Notes under the pieces: model-generated
Told to the model about the DNA's origin: nothing
Databases searched by the model: none
What the model saw: the letters and a program-made list of their open reading frames with translations, nothing else
Part shown: piece after piece, positions 39,371-50,184 of the stretch
How positions within the stretch are numbered: the stretch's first letter is position 1
Layout: every line of letters starts with the position of its first letter
Position numbers and translations under genes: made by a program
From: Nitrosopumilus sp.
GTDB lineage: Archaea; Thermoproteota; Nitrososphaeria; Nitrososphaerales; Nitrosopumilaceae
Length of the DNA: 64,000 nucleotides
NCBI GenBank assembly: GCA_965214775.1
Contig: OZ243974.1
Coordinates: forward strand, 288,001-352,000
Direction: 5' to 3'

Positions 39371-41476
39371 GTACAACTTCAGGTCCTTTTTATACTGACA
39401 GTCAAACATTTTTGGGCAGCATCTTATGATCAGATGCCCCTGCGAACATGGCTGAACATCAGACATTTGTGATCAGATATTGCAGGTTTGGAATTTACGG
39501 GAGTGACATAATATCGGCATCTTGGTCAAAGAATTTCGATGGAAATCTTTTTTGATCTTGCCTGTCTGATGTAACATATGGACTCCAAAGCCGTGCTTGC
39601 ACACTGTACGGATCCTGGAAAGGCACTTGTCATGATCATGGAGCAGGATGAGAAGATCTCCGGGCTGGAAAAAGAACTCTCTATTGTCAAGAAGGAGAAT
39701 GCTGATGTCAAGAAGGAGAACTCTAAGCTTCAGGCAAGGCTTGCCCTGTACGAGAGTCCCAACATGCCCACGTCCACGCCGTCATTATACAATGATGCCA
39801 GAAGAAAGTTCAGGGAGAAAAGGGGCGAGGATCCCGGCGGCAGTCCCGGCGATGCTGCTCGGGGCAAGAAACGCGGCCCTCCGTGCAGACACCATGGTAC
39901 ATCGCACGGCAACCGACCATCAATGACATTAAGGTACGATCTTGGCTCCAAAATATGCCCAAAGTGCAACATCCAGTTACGGATGCTCAAGCCGATCCAC
40001 AAGCTTGTAAACGACCTAGATGACTCCATGCGCATGCTCACTGCCAATGCCATCATCCAAAACGCGGTGTGTCCACAGTGCAATACCGTGCATGTCGCAG
40101 CTACCCCGTTTCTAAGCGGCACGTCACTTGGGCCCGTCTCACTCTCTCTAATCATGATGTTCTTTGAGAAGGGAAACACAGACGAGGACATTGCAGAGTA
40201 CTTTCAGTATATGTTTGGATTCAAGATGGCCCCAAATACCGTGACTGCCGCCCGGCACGCAGTGGCAGAGGCGATTCAACAAAACATGATACAACGCATA
40301 CAGTCATTCATTGCGGGCAGGCCGTGGATACAGATGGACGAGACCGGATTTAAGCGCGGCGACGGACACATGGGATACGTCTGGGTGCTCAACTGCGAGG
40401 GGGCGTGCTTTGTGGTATTTGCAGATTCCCGGTCCTCTGAGGTACTGCACACGCACTTTGGATGGCTGGATCCCAAGACTCCCATAGTCGTAGACGGACT
40501 GGCCCAGTACAAGCTGTTCTTTGTGACAATCCAGAGGTGTTGGAGGCACCTTCTGGCGTATGCAGAAAAGCTTGCAGTAAAGATGCCCGAAGGCGATAAC
40601 GAGAAAAGGTATGACTTGCTGCTGGAATTCTACAGGAAGATAGATAAAATCAAGACGCTTGCGCCGCTTACATGCATGGAGCTTTCCAGGGAAGTATACA
40701 AAATAATCAACCCGTATGAGGACGTTCACGTGCGTACACACCTGCTAAACGCCATACATAACATGTTTACGTGTCTGGCGCATCGGGGAATGCCGCTGCA
40801 CAACAACGATACGGAGCGGTGCATACGCGACGGGATCATACCACAACGCAATGCACGTCACAAGATTGTAACTGACGGGGGAAGAAAGACGGCTTCTGCG
40901 CTGCTGACATTTTCGATGACATGTCGCAAGCAGAATATACATCCTGCCGGCGGACTCTTGAAATACCTGCGGAATCCGGGCTGGGATGTCTTTGCAGAAG
41001 CAAGAGATGATGATGATAATGCGCGCCTGCTGTCCTCGCTTGTCAATACGGACGGTACAAAATACAGCGTCTTTGAGTGTCCCGGGCCGCCGCCGGTGTG
41101 GCCGCCTGTAGTCGATGATGACGCAGGCAGTGAAGGAGGAGCGGTACGCCGGAACCGGATGGCCGTCGTACCAGTAGCAGCTCCTACAACAACATGATCC
41201 GTCTGGCGCCTACGGGACGGCGTAACCCGTAGCTTCATGTCAAAGAATCCGGCCGTGTAGGCAAGTCTGCCAGTCAACAACGCCTGGCAAATCTGACAAT
41301 GCTGGTTTCCTGCAGGTGCCGTCTGCCAATAATCTGCTGTCTGCGCGCTGCCGGTCTTGCATATACAAGGGACGTGTGGTGATGATGTAGCGGGTCTGTC
41401 ACAGCAGATGCGGAAGGATCAAAAAGTTCCGGGCAAAAAGTTCCCTAGTCAGTATAAAAAGGACCTGAAGTTGTAC
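39371..41476 (+). mobile_element. IS66-family element, complete
   Basis: Perfect TIR GTACAACTTCAGGTCCTTTTTATACTGAC; 8-bp TSD AGGCAGAC. Confidence 0.95.
39578..41197 (+). CDS. IS66-family transposase
   Basis: CPKC/CPQC, QMDETG, VVDG, QRCWRHL, HNNDTERCIR. Confidence 0.92.
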   Translation: MDSKAVLAHCTDPGKALVMIMEQDEKISGLEKELSIVKKENADVKKENSKLQARLALYESPNMPTSTPSLYNDARRKFREKRGEDPGGSPGDAARGKKRGPPCRHHGTSHGNRPSMTLRYDLGSKICPKCNIQLRMLKPIHKLVNDLDDSMRMLTANAIIQNAVCPQCNTVHVAATPFLSGTSLGPVSLSLIMMFFEKGNTDEDIAEYFQYMFGFKMAPNTVTAARHAVAEAIQQNMIQRIQSFIAGRPWIQMDETGFKRGDGHMGYVWVLNCEGACFVVFADSRSSEVLHTHFGWLDPKTPIVVDGLAQYKLFFVTIQRCWRHLLAYAEKLAVKMPEGDNEKRYDLLLEFYRKIDKIKTLAPLTCMELSREVYKIINPYEDVHVRTHLLNAIHNMFTCLAHRGMPLHNNDTERCIRDGIIPQRNARHKIVTDGGRKTASALLTFSMTCRKQNIHPAGGLLKYLRNPGWDVFAEARDDDDNARLLSSLVNTDGTKYSVFECPGPPPVWPPVVDDDAGSEGGAVRRNRMAVVPVAAPTTT

Positions 41477-42253
41477 AGGCAGACTGGCAGTTGGGGAGCT
41501 GCCAGAACCTGACAGGGTTTTCAAAGACATGCAGGAGCTGCTTGGGTTTCTTCCTGCAAAATAATCTCAAAGCAAATTGGTACAATCTGTGGCCGGAACA
41601 GTGCCAGATCAGTGGATCTGAAGACTGCCTGCGCCCACAGCATGCCCTGAAAAGACAAGGCCGGCAGGAAACCACGGACGGGGGAGTGTAATCAGCCAGG
41701 TTGAGCACAAAGGCCCAGGTCGGCTGTTTCCTAATTCGGCAGTCCAGTCTAATTTTCCAAACTCTCCAGCGTATTGATCAGGACGGATGCAGGTTCCCTA
41801 ATGACAGGCCGCAAGAGGCGCGACTGGTACTGAAACTATCACCATGCTGTCCACAGCCGTGAACCAGGGTTTCTCCTATCCAATGGTTTCTTTGATCGCA
41901 GGCAACCAATGTCCCGTCAAGAAGAAGAGGAAGAAGACCAGTTCCAGACCCGGACGACTGTAGTGCGCACAGCCGTAACAAGCTTGCATGTCTGCACTTT
42001 GATTGGCCTCTGATTTGACGTACCGTGACATGCAGTGTCCTCCCTTATGCACCCTGTTCATGGCAGTGCAAACGGCAACATGCGGATCTGCAGGCGGCTT
42101 GGGCAGCTGTTTTGAGCTTGGGCCGTTCGTTTTTACCTGGAACTTTTTGGAAAGACTGCATCGAATCAAAACCGATCAGTCACGGTTTAATTTCAGAATC
42201 TTAAGAATCTATTAAATCTAAATAGTGTGACAGATGTGGTGTGGTGTATCAGA

Positions 42254-43771
42254 ATGAGAATCAGGCTAGAGTCATCATTGCCCAAAAGGAGAACAGAACT
42301 GCTCTGCGGGTTTGTTCTCGAAGGGAATGACAAAGTACTGGGATTGCCAAAATATGACTCCAAAACCGATGCCTCCACGTCATCATCATCATCGTCATCA
42401 TCAATTAGCCAGTCAATAAAAGACAATGGCGGAAAATTTGGGAATTTGACAGTAATTCCGATCTCAGGCAAAAATCCTGCTCGCCGGATTTTGCTTGCAG
42501 GGATTGGAAAGAAAGAAAAGATGACCAATGACACGATCAGGTGTGTTTCTGGAAAGATTGCCCTCAAAGCCAGGGAACTAAAACTAAATGAGCTCACGGT
42601 TGTGGCGCCTCCCAGTTTTGTCAGCAAAGTTTCCTCAAGCATCCCGCAGATTGTTGAGGGAGTAAAAATGTCGCTTTACAAGTTTGACAAATTCAAGGCA
42701 GAAAAAGAAGATGCCGCTCTTGCAAACCTTACAATTGTCAGTCCACGATCAGCCGGAGTCTCCTCCAAGGAGGCTGTCAAGTCATCGGAGATCATTGCAG
42801 ACGGCGCAGTTTTTGCCAAAAGCATAGCAAACCTTCCGCCAAATGAATGCAGTCCCTCAACCCTGGCAGGTTTTGCAAAAAAAATATCATCAAGCAAGAA
42901 AAACAAGATGAAATGCAAGATAATTTCAAAGTCCGAGCTAAAAAAGAAGGGTTTTGGCGGAATTGCAGCCGTTGGCCAGGGCAGCAAAAACGAGCCAAAA
43001 TTGATCATCATGGAGTATGAGCACGGTCCCAAAAACAGAAAGCCGATAGTCCTTGTTGGAAAGGCAATAACGTTTGACACGGGAGGAATCTCGCTCAAGC
43101 CGGGGGCAAACATGGACGAGATGAAGTTTGACAAATGCGGCGGATGCACGGTTTTAGGAATTATGAAAGCTGTCTCAGAATTGGGACTGCCAGTCAACCT
43201 GGTCGGAATCGTTCCATCTGCCGAAAACATGCCTGATGGAGAATCATACAGGCCGGGGGACATTATCAAATTGTACAGCGGCAAGACTGCCGAAATTTTG
43301 AATACAGATGCCGAAGGCAGGCTAATTCTTGCAGATGCGCTTGCATACGGGGAAAAACACTACTCTCCGCAGGCCATCATAGATTTTGCAACGCTGACAG
43401 GCGCCTGCATAGTCGCGTTGGGAACCAACGTTGCAGGAATGGTCTGCAGTGATGAGAAGCTTGCAGGAAAGATTTTTGATTCGTCAAAAAGGACGGCCGA
43501 GGAAGTCTGGCAGCTTCCATTAAACCAGGACTATATGGACATGATAAAATCAGACGTTGCAGACATGAAGAACATGGGAATTGGCAGGGCGGCAGGCACG
43601 ATTACTGCTGCGGCATTTTTAAGAAATGCAGTTGAAAAGACCCCATGGGCACATCTTGACATTGCCGGGGTTGCATGGACTCAGACTGCAACAAAAGAGA
43701 AACCGTACAATCCCAAAGGCGCAACCGGTTTTGGTGTTCGGCTGATTTTAGACTATTTGCAAAACTTGTAA
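42254..43771 (+). CDS. pepA: Leucyl aminopeptidase (M17) with a poly-Ser insertion
   Basis: GKAITFDTGG, MKFDKCG, NTDAEGRL, ATLTGA. Confidence 0.95.
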   Translation: MRIRLESSLPKRRTELLCGFVLEGNDKVLGLPKYDSKTDASTSSSSSSSSISQSIKDNGGKFGNLTVIPISGKNPARRILLAGIGKKEKMTNDTIRCVSGKIALKARELKLNELTVVAPPSFVSKVSSSIPQIVEGVKMSLYKFDKFKAEKEDAALANLTIVSPRSAGVSSKEAVKSSEIIADGAVFAKSIANLPPNECSPSTLAGFAKKISSSKKNKMKCKIISKSELKKKGFGGIAAVGQGSKNEPKLIIMEYEHGPKNRKPIVLVGKAITFDTGGISLKPGANMDEMKFDKCGGCTVLGIMKAVSELGLPVNLVGIVPSAENMPDGESYRPGDIIKLYSGKTAEILNTDAEGRLILADALAYGEKHYSPQAIIDFATLTGACIVALGTNVAGMVCSDEKLAGKIFDSSKRTAEEVWQLPLNQDYMDMIKSDVADMKNMGIGRAAGTITAAAFLRNAVEKTPWAHLDIAGVAWTQTATKEKPYNPKGATGFGVRLILDYLQNL

Positions 43772-43953
43772 CTGCCCTAGTATCCGCGACTGTTCCTGTC
43801 AGGCTTGCCGACGTTTGGGTTTCTCCATCCGTGTTTTTCCATCATGTGGTTCATTAGTCGAATGTCATCATCACACGTTTCCCCGCATACAGAGCAGTCT
43901 ACCACCATGAAACGGCTTGAGGGATTCAATATTAATAGATTGGAACTTGGAAA

Positions 43954-44070
43954 ATGCCAGCACTGCTGCTTCCCAAGGGCTCTCGCATCTTAGTAACACA
44001 ACAGCGACGTCAGGTTTGACTTCCAAGTTCGGAAAGGGATTGGGTCGCACCCTAACGCTATGGCCGGCTT
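43954..44070 (-). rRNA. rrf: 5S rRNA
   Basis: Reverse strand GCCGGCCATAGCG...CCCTTTCCGAAC...GAAGTCAAACC...GTGCTGGC with terminal helix pairing. Confidence 0.9.
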
Positions 44071-44319
44071 GAAAGACAAGGCCAGAATCCCAATTATTAA
44101 CGTAGCGAAACCCCAGGTTCTTCTGTCAACTTACGGGGCTGGCTGCGGCTCTTCTTCTCCGCATGTCAGCGGCCGGGGCTTTTGAGGCACTCTGCGCGAC
44201 GATGGTCTTCCACTTGCTGTCGCCTTTGACCCCGATTCCGGCCCTCAGCGCAGGCGCAGATACGGGACAGAGTTAGTCAAGTTGGCAGATTCGGATCATG
44301 CATGAAGAAGTTTACAAAA

Positions 44320-44526
44320 TCAGCTTAAAAAAAACCAAGCATACGGGATTACTTTTGCCTCAGATGGAATTTTGTTTGGCAGAAAGACTTTAAGGCCAAC
44401 CGCCTTTCCCTTTTTGTCAACGTCTATGAACTGGTCTTTTCCAAGAGACATCGCCTTTGCAACCCTGCCTTTTGTCATATGAAGACAAAGTGCTTTTGCC
44501 TCCTCGTCACATCTTACTGGAACCAT
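44320..44526 (-). CDS. DUF2283-like small protein
   Basis: VRCDEEAKALCLHM...FIDVDKKGKAVGLKV. Confidence 0.6.
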   Translation of the reverse strand: MVPVRCDEEAKALCLHMTKGRVAKAMSLGKDQFIDVDKKGKAVGLKVFLPNKIPSEAKVIPYAWFFLS

Positions 44527-44633
44527 GAATCTTTGGACTTCCTGCTCCTCTCCACCCATAGGCAATAACCGCCATCCTGCTTGTCATTAATGACACTGCA
44601 CGATTAGCAAATGCGGCTGCTCTAACCGGGGGG

Positions 44634-44933
44634 TCAGTTTCCATTTTTTTTGACTTTGGCAAAATGGACATCAAGTTCTTTGATTTTCTCTTTTAGCAAA
44701 GATTCTAGTTCATTTGAGACATCGCTATTGCAAGTAAAATCAAGATCTTCTGAAAATCTCGTATCTGGAAAATATTTTTTTTTGAGTGCGGTGCCTCCCT
44801 TAAACGCCATTTCGGATATTTTTGAAAATTCAGAAATCACAAACAGCAAGATGCTTGCAGGATAATCTTTTTGAATGGTTTCTGCAGATACCCCATACCT
44901 TCCTCCTAACGACCTTATTTCGTCTGCATCCAT
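44634..44933 (-). pseudogene. AbiEii toxin, truncated
   Basis: IQKDY, FKGGTAL, RFSEDLDF, only 99 aa. Confidence 0.8.
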
Positions 44934-44935
44934 TT

Positions 44936-45760
44936 CTAATACTCCATCCAGCCAAGCAATTCGTCCCTTGTTCTGTCAAGTATCAGTCCGTATTCTTTTG
45001 AATATGCAATTCTTGTTTTTGCAGTAGTGGGATCAAGAAAACTGTAGGGATATCCAGTTGTCTCTTTTCTTATTTTCTCAGACAGATTTTTTTCCACATT
45101 AAGAATGGTAAGCAGGTAGTCCAATCGACGCAACACGACATTAATTCTAATTTTTTTGGTCAGTTGGTAAACTTCATTCCAGTCGGCTTCTTTCCGTATG
45201 TTCCACATCGCTTTTGTTACTTCTACTATCCCGCCACAATATTCCGGATGAGTTAGTCCATCAACAATTGTCTTTTCTTTTGAAGAAATGCTAAAATGAC
45301 TGTTTTTTCCTATTTTGTGTTCGATGTATCCAAGAAACTTCTTTTTTGATATGACGACAAACTGGAATTTTTGATTTCCAAATTTTATGATGCGGTTTTT
45401 CTTTCGTTTTGGCGTGGCGGCAAACCGTGTAGGGTATCTGTTCTGTCATGTCCCAAAAATTCATCGCAGTCCAGAATCCGACGTAATGCTCATCAATTAG
45501 CTGGGGTACAATTAGCCAGGGATCCTCAGACCAGTATCCCTCAGGACCGGCTCTTGCAGGGATAAGGAGGTATCTTCCCTTTTCAATTTCTTGCAGTCTC
45601 TTCTTTTTTTTCAATCCTCCAACTACATTCCAAACAGCAGAATCTGTTCCTTCAAGAATATTTCTTGCATCATCAAATGTAAAGACACTCATTTTCTTCG
45701 TTTCCAGACTGAACAGCAGTTTTGTTTCCTGTGGCCCCAACCGTATATTTTGTGCCACCT
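44936..45760 (-). pseudogene. AbiEi-like antitoxin, fragmented
   Basis: KGRYLLIP, VGFWTAMNFWDMTEQIP, LRRLDYLL split over several frames. Confidence 0.8.
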
Positions 45761-45823
45761 TTCTCTCCTCTAAAGAGAGAAAAGTTACATAAAATATACG
45801 GTTTGAGGCAAATGCTCCCACAT

Positions 45824-45920
45824 AAGGGCAATGAGCGTGTCCTGTCCTGTCCTGAGGCAAGGGAGACGCTGGAAAAGTACAAAGGCGAGATCACAAGGGC
45901 AATGAGCGTGTCCTGTCCTG
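45824..45920. repeat. Direct repeat of at least 26 bp, 71 bp apart, second copy cut by a MITE
   Basis: AAGGGCAATGAGCGTGTCCTGTCCTG at 45824 and 45895. Confidence 0.85.
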
Positions 45921-46157
45921 AAAGTTGATTCAAAGTTGGCAGATTTGGATCATGTGCAATAAGCGAATTTACATGGAATAATCGATCAAGATGCCTGCAA
46001 ATGAAAAGTCATCCGTATGCAAAATTACCTGGCAAATGTGCAAAAGAATCCGGTCATCTGCAGTTTCTAATTTCGGATCCTCTCTCAGTGACCGGATCCA
46101 CATATGCCGCATCTCCTAGATCACATAAATTCAGGTATGGTACCATACAGAGATATC

Positions 46158-46874
46158 ATGGTGGATCTGTTTGTGGACATCGAGACGGCGCCAAGCTTCA
46201 CTGCCGAGGAATACTTTGAGCTAAAGCGACGGGTCGACTCGGGAAGCCTGTCCAGGGATTCAGATGACAAGAAGCTGTACTGGAAGCTCGTGCGTGGCGG
46301 ACTGACACCGTTTGATGGCAAGGTCATCCTAATAACGTACAGGATCAACAACGCGCATACATTCAGGCTAAAGGAGTGGGAGTCCGGAGAAAAGGAGATA
46401 CTGCAAAAGTTCTACAACACGATAGGGGATCTTCTGAGAGGATCGCCCGAGGACAGGCTCAGGATAATCGGGCACAACATCCTGGGGTTTGACCTGTTCT
46501 TCCTGTACAACAGGATGCTCCATCACGGCATTGCAGAGGAAGGATGGCTGTACCAGAAGATCATAAACAGGCCCGAGGTCGTGGATCTGCTCCAGCTGCA
46601 CCTGCCGCTCAACGATTGCCAGATCAAGGGGCTCAAGCACGACGTCCTGGCCCACGCCTACGGCTTTCCGGTAAAGTCTACGCTGGGCTCCGGGGAGATA
46701 CCCCACTACTTTGCAAAGGAGTACGACAGGATAATCGAGTACTCAGAGCGCGAGTTCATCTACCCCGAACTCTTTGCAAAGATACGGTCCGGGGGCCTGG
46801 TATCCAGGGAGAGGCTGCAAGAGTCAATCAGGCATTACAACAAAATCCACGAGGGGGATTCCAGGAAGTCATAA
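46158..46874 (+). CDS. Stand-alone PolB-like 3'-5' exonuclease (RNase H fold)
   Basis: FVDIETAP (ExoI), GHNILGFDL (ExoII), IIEYSERE (ExoIII-like); start uncertain. Confidence 0.75.
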   Translation: MVDLFVDIETAPSFTAEEYFELKRRVDSGSLSRDSDDKKLYWKLVRGGLTPFDGKVILITYRINNAHTFRLKEWESGEKEILQKFYNTIGDLLRGSPEDRLRIIGHNILGFDLFFLYNRMLHHGIAEEGWLYQKIINRPEVVDLLQLHLPLNDCQIKGLKHDVLAHAYGFPVKSTLGSGEIPHYFAKEYDRIIEYSEREFIYPELFAKIRSGGLVSRERLQESIRHYNKIHEGDSRKS

Positions 46875-47128
46875 GCGCACCCGGCAAATCCTCCAGAGAG
46901 TTGATTCGAGATTAGCAAACTCTGATCAAATGGCACAATGTATACCAACCTGATCCAAATCAGTACTTCCTAGGTGTGTTTTTGCAGACCCGGCACTGCA
47001 TAGCCGCTAATTTCGTTTACGCATAAGGTCTTCTCCAAATTACGTAATTACCGTGCCTGTAAAAGTACACTTGGGAAGTACTGAAATGCAGACAAAATGT
47101 ACATAATTCATGAAGTTATTTGACAAAA

Positions 47129-47245
47129 TAACAGGTTAGTCCCTGCCTAGGCAGCAATCAGGCACGAATCTGCTTGCAGTTGTGATTTTCATTCCTGGCC
47201 GGCAAGGGATGCAGCTCCAACTCTAGTCAGGGGCTAACCTGTTAC
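47129..47245. mobile_element. MITE with TAACAGGTTAG...CTAACCTGTTAC ends
   Basis: Terminal inverted repeats; partial relative at about 16480-16578. Confidence 0.7.
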
Positions 47246-47478
47246 GTATGAGTTTACCCCTCAGGCAACAAGTACGAGTTTATCCCTTAGGCGTCACTGC
47301 TGTCTGGAACCTTCATGATCACGCCTGACCCGCCGTATCTCAGGTGAGGGATAAACTCTTACAGGCAACAAGGCTGGCTGAGACCTTCATAATCGTGCCA
47401 GCCACCCTTCCATCCAATTGCACAGGAAAAACCCATGAAAATTAGAAATTCTTATAAAATTCCTGGGTAAATCTAATC

Positions 47479-48360
47479 ATGGTATCAATAGTAAAAAGAA
47501 GGAGGGGAAAGACGTCCTTTTACTACCTGTATCATGACAACAAAAGAGGCGACAGGAGACAGTTTGAAAGGTACCTAGGGAGAAAAATCCCAGAGGACAT
47601 AGAGGAACAAAAAAAAGAGTTTCAACTAGAGATAGAAAGAGAGCAATGGAGGCCAAGGCTGGAAAGAATCCGGGCAAACCATAGAAAGAAACACGAAAGG
47701 ATGCCAAGGGAGGCAAGGGAAAAAAACCTCAAGGCCTTTGCAGTGGTCTTTACATACAATACCCAGAGAATCGAGGGATCAACCTTGACGCTGAGGGAGA
47801 CGGCACTCCTACTAGAGGACGGGCTGACTCCGGCCCACAGGCCCAAGGAGGATGTCAGGGAGGCAGAGAACCATGAAAAATTGTTTTTTGAAATGGTCAA
47901 GACAGCAAGAGAATTAACACTAAAGATAGTACTAGAGTGGAACAAAAAACTACTCAAGGATACCAAGCCTGGATTTGCCGGTAAGTTGAGGACGTGGGAC
48001 GTGCAGATTACTAGGAGCAGATTCCACCCGCCGCCTTACACGCAGATTCCGCTAGAGATTGGGAATTTCTTTGCATGGTACAAGAAAAACAAAAAAGTCT
48101 TACATCCAGTGGAGCTGGCTGCACTGGTGCATCTGAAATTTGTGACTATACATCCGTTTGGCGACGGGAATGGAAGGATATCGAGAATCATGATGAACCA
48201 TGTACTAAAGCAGTTCGGATTTCCAATGCTGGACATAGACTACAGGGACAGGAGCTCATACTATAACGCATTGGAGAGATCACAGACCACCAATAATGAA
48301 GTGTGGTTTTTGAAATGGTTTATGAGAAGATACCTCAAAGCGCACAGCAGGCTTTTGTAA
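47479..48360 (+). CDS. Fic-family protein (class II, N-terminal inhibitory motif)
   Basis: TQRIEG and HPFGDGNGRISR. Confidence 0.92.
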   Translation: MVSIVKRRRGKTSFYYLYHDNKRGDRRQFERYLGRKIPEDIEEQKKEFQLEIEREQWRPRLERIRANHRKKHERMPREAREKNLKAFAVVFTYNTQRIEGSTLTLRETALLLEDGLTPAHRPKEDVREAENHEKLFFEMVKTARELTLKIVLEWNKKLLKDTKPGFAGKLRTWDVQITRSRFHPPPYTQIPLEIGNFFAWYKKNKKVLHPVELAALVHLKFVTIHPFGDGNGRISRIMMNHVLKQFGFPMLDIDYRDRSSYYNALERSQTTNNEVWFLKWFMRRYLKAHSRLL

Positions 48361-48438
48361 CAAGCAAATGACTGCTGCATGAAAATACTGCAATGCGTTT
48401 TTTTGATTTTACCGGCATGCTGGTACAAATCAAGAGTC

Positions 48439-48683
48439 GTAAGAGTTTACCCCTCAGGCGACGTTTCCAGTCAGGGTCTTGGCGACCATCTCACTCACGT
48501 TGTAACCTTGGGTGTGCCAGTTCATCGTACACGTCATCAGTACGGTGAACATCTCCATGCCCTCCATGGTACGGAGTCCCCGGAATATCTTGCACGCAAT
48601 TACGGACGGCCTCAGTATGCGCTCGGCCATGTTGTTGGTGGGCTCCATGCCCGGATACAGCACGAACGTGTACAGGTATTCTG
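48439..48683 (-). mobile_element. IS66 3'-end remnant
   Basis: Near-identical to 12835-13079. Confidence 0.85.
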
Positions 48684-49030
48684 AGAGGTGATCCGAAATT
48701 AGAAATATAGCGCCCCGTCCGCAGTTGTTCTGCTGCCGCCACTCATTAGGCCGCAGTGACGATTCTGGCCGGCGCCCTATCGTTGACCAGTCCGCACACG
48801 ATACTGTTGGCAAGGTCGTACTTTTTGAGTGGGTTTCGGTACCTGCAGCCCATGATCCTGTATGTTTTGATCCTGCGTATGGTGTTCTCCACGTATGCGC
48901 GTATCTTTGAGTGCGTGATATTGTACTCTTTTTGTGTGTCGGTGAGCTTGCCGCCCGGTTTTTTCTTGATTGGGAGTATGACGTACGTGCCTGTACCCAC
49001 CGACTGTGCTCCCTGGTATCCGCGGTCCAT
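48684..49030 (-). pseudogene. IS5/ISL2-like (DDE_Tnp_4) transposase 3' remnant with MITE-B-type end
   Basis: DRGYQG, PIKKKPG, RAYVENTIRRIK; terminus AGAGGTGATCCGAAATTAG. Confidence 0.8.
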
Positions 49031-49202
49031 GTAGTGACGCGTACGAGTTTACCCCTCAAGCGACAAGGCCGGTCGGGACATTCATGATCGTGCCTACCAC
49101 ACCGTATTCCTCGAGATAGGGTAAACTCTTACGGCAAAGAAATAGTTGATAAAATAGATCATGGGATTTTTCGAAGTGTTTAAATACACTTTTTAGAAAA
49201 AA

Positions 49203-49400
49203 ATGCACATGTTAGAATCGAATAATTTACGGTGCGCAATACAGCAACTAGTATTTACCAAAGAACAGGTGACAGAGCAGCAACAATTCGAAGAGCAACT
49301 AAAAAACGGAACGGCAGATATTGTTTTTGAGGGATCTGTTTTAGAGGCAAAAGCTTACTTGAATGGATTAAAAGAACTTGTGGACACTCATCTACACTAA
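49203..49400 (+). CDS. Putative small antitoxin
   Basis: 65-aa ORF overlapping a RelE-like ORF. Confidence 0.45.
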   Translation: MHMLESNNLRCAIQQLVFTKEQVTEQQQFEEQLKNGTADIVFEGSVLEAKAYLNGLKELVDTHLH

Positions 49401-49653
49401 AAAATTCCTGCTTCAATTTTTGAAGTTAGAGAGACGTGCAAAGGATTTCGTAGAAGATTGGATAGATTACATACTCAATAATGCAGATATTACCAAGGAG
49501 TTTGAGTATGATATTATTGACGAGTACGATGGTTCAGTAGAAACAATGCAAATGCCAGTAAATTATCTCATTAAAGAAGATGAAGAGAAAGTATACATCA
49601 TATCTTTAAACACAAAAGGTCTAGAACAACATAGATCTCACAGACAATTCTAG
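49378..49653 (+). CDS. RelE/ParE-like protein
   Basis: WTLIYTKKFLLQFLKL N-terminus and YLIKEDEEKVYIISL C-terminus. Confidence 0.55.
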   Translation: MWTLIYTKKFLLQFLKLERRAKDFVEDWIDYILNNADITKEFEYDIIDEYDGSVETMQMPVNYLIKEDEEKVYIISLNTKGLEQHRSHRQF

Positions 49654-50184
49654 AATTCAAATCCATCAAAGATGATTTTGCAATGATTATTTTTTAATTG
49701 TCGGCATAACGTTCTGCATAATCCAAAAAGTAGTTCACCCCTTCTACGATTGTGTACAGTCAGGAGCAGGTGTGTGAGTCTGACCCACACTGAGAGGTGA
49801 TCCGAAATTAGAAACCGTGCGAATTTTTCAAGTGATTTCGCAGATAGTTTGCATTTTGTTGGTATTTTGAGCTGTTTCGTGCAAATTCGTTCACAAATAA
49901 TCAGTCTGCTAATTTCGAATCAACTCTCAGGCCCAGACTACCACCGACGACTAGGACGATACCATGGGAATGACGTTCGTGCCGCGCTCGGAGGGACAAA
50001 AGCGACTCAGGATCGAGGTCGACGTCTAGAACCGGCCCACGGCAGACGCGGTGCCTGAGGCAAAGACGTTCAGATGGCCGGCTTGCGGCAGAATGTCAAA
50101 ACTTCCCAAATGTCCCCGCGATATTGCCCAGTACGTTTAACATATATTCAATAAATTTATTAATTTGCACTGGGCAATACATCT

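Larger units (their letters stand above)
38662..41564 (+). pseudogene. AbiEii nucleotidyltransferase toxin interrupted by IS66
   Basis: IDKDY, LKGGTA, RFSEDLDF, EKI, RDYYD; frame resumes after the IS as LAVGELPEPDRVFKDMQELLGFLPAK*. Confidence 0.88.

Noticed and set aside
43954-44070. Unlinked 5S rRNA as unusual
   Set aside because: 5S is normally separate from 16S-23S in this lineage.
44130-44270. Possible structured RNA next to the 5S gene
   Set aside because: The minus strand reads AGIGVKGDSKWKTIV, more like a transposase C-terminal scrap; too short to call.
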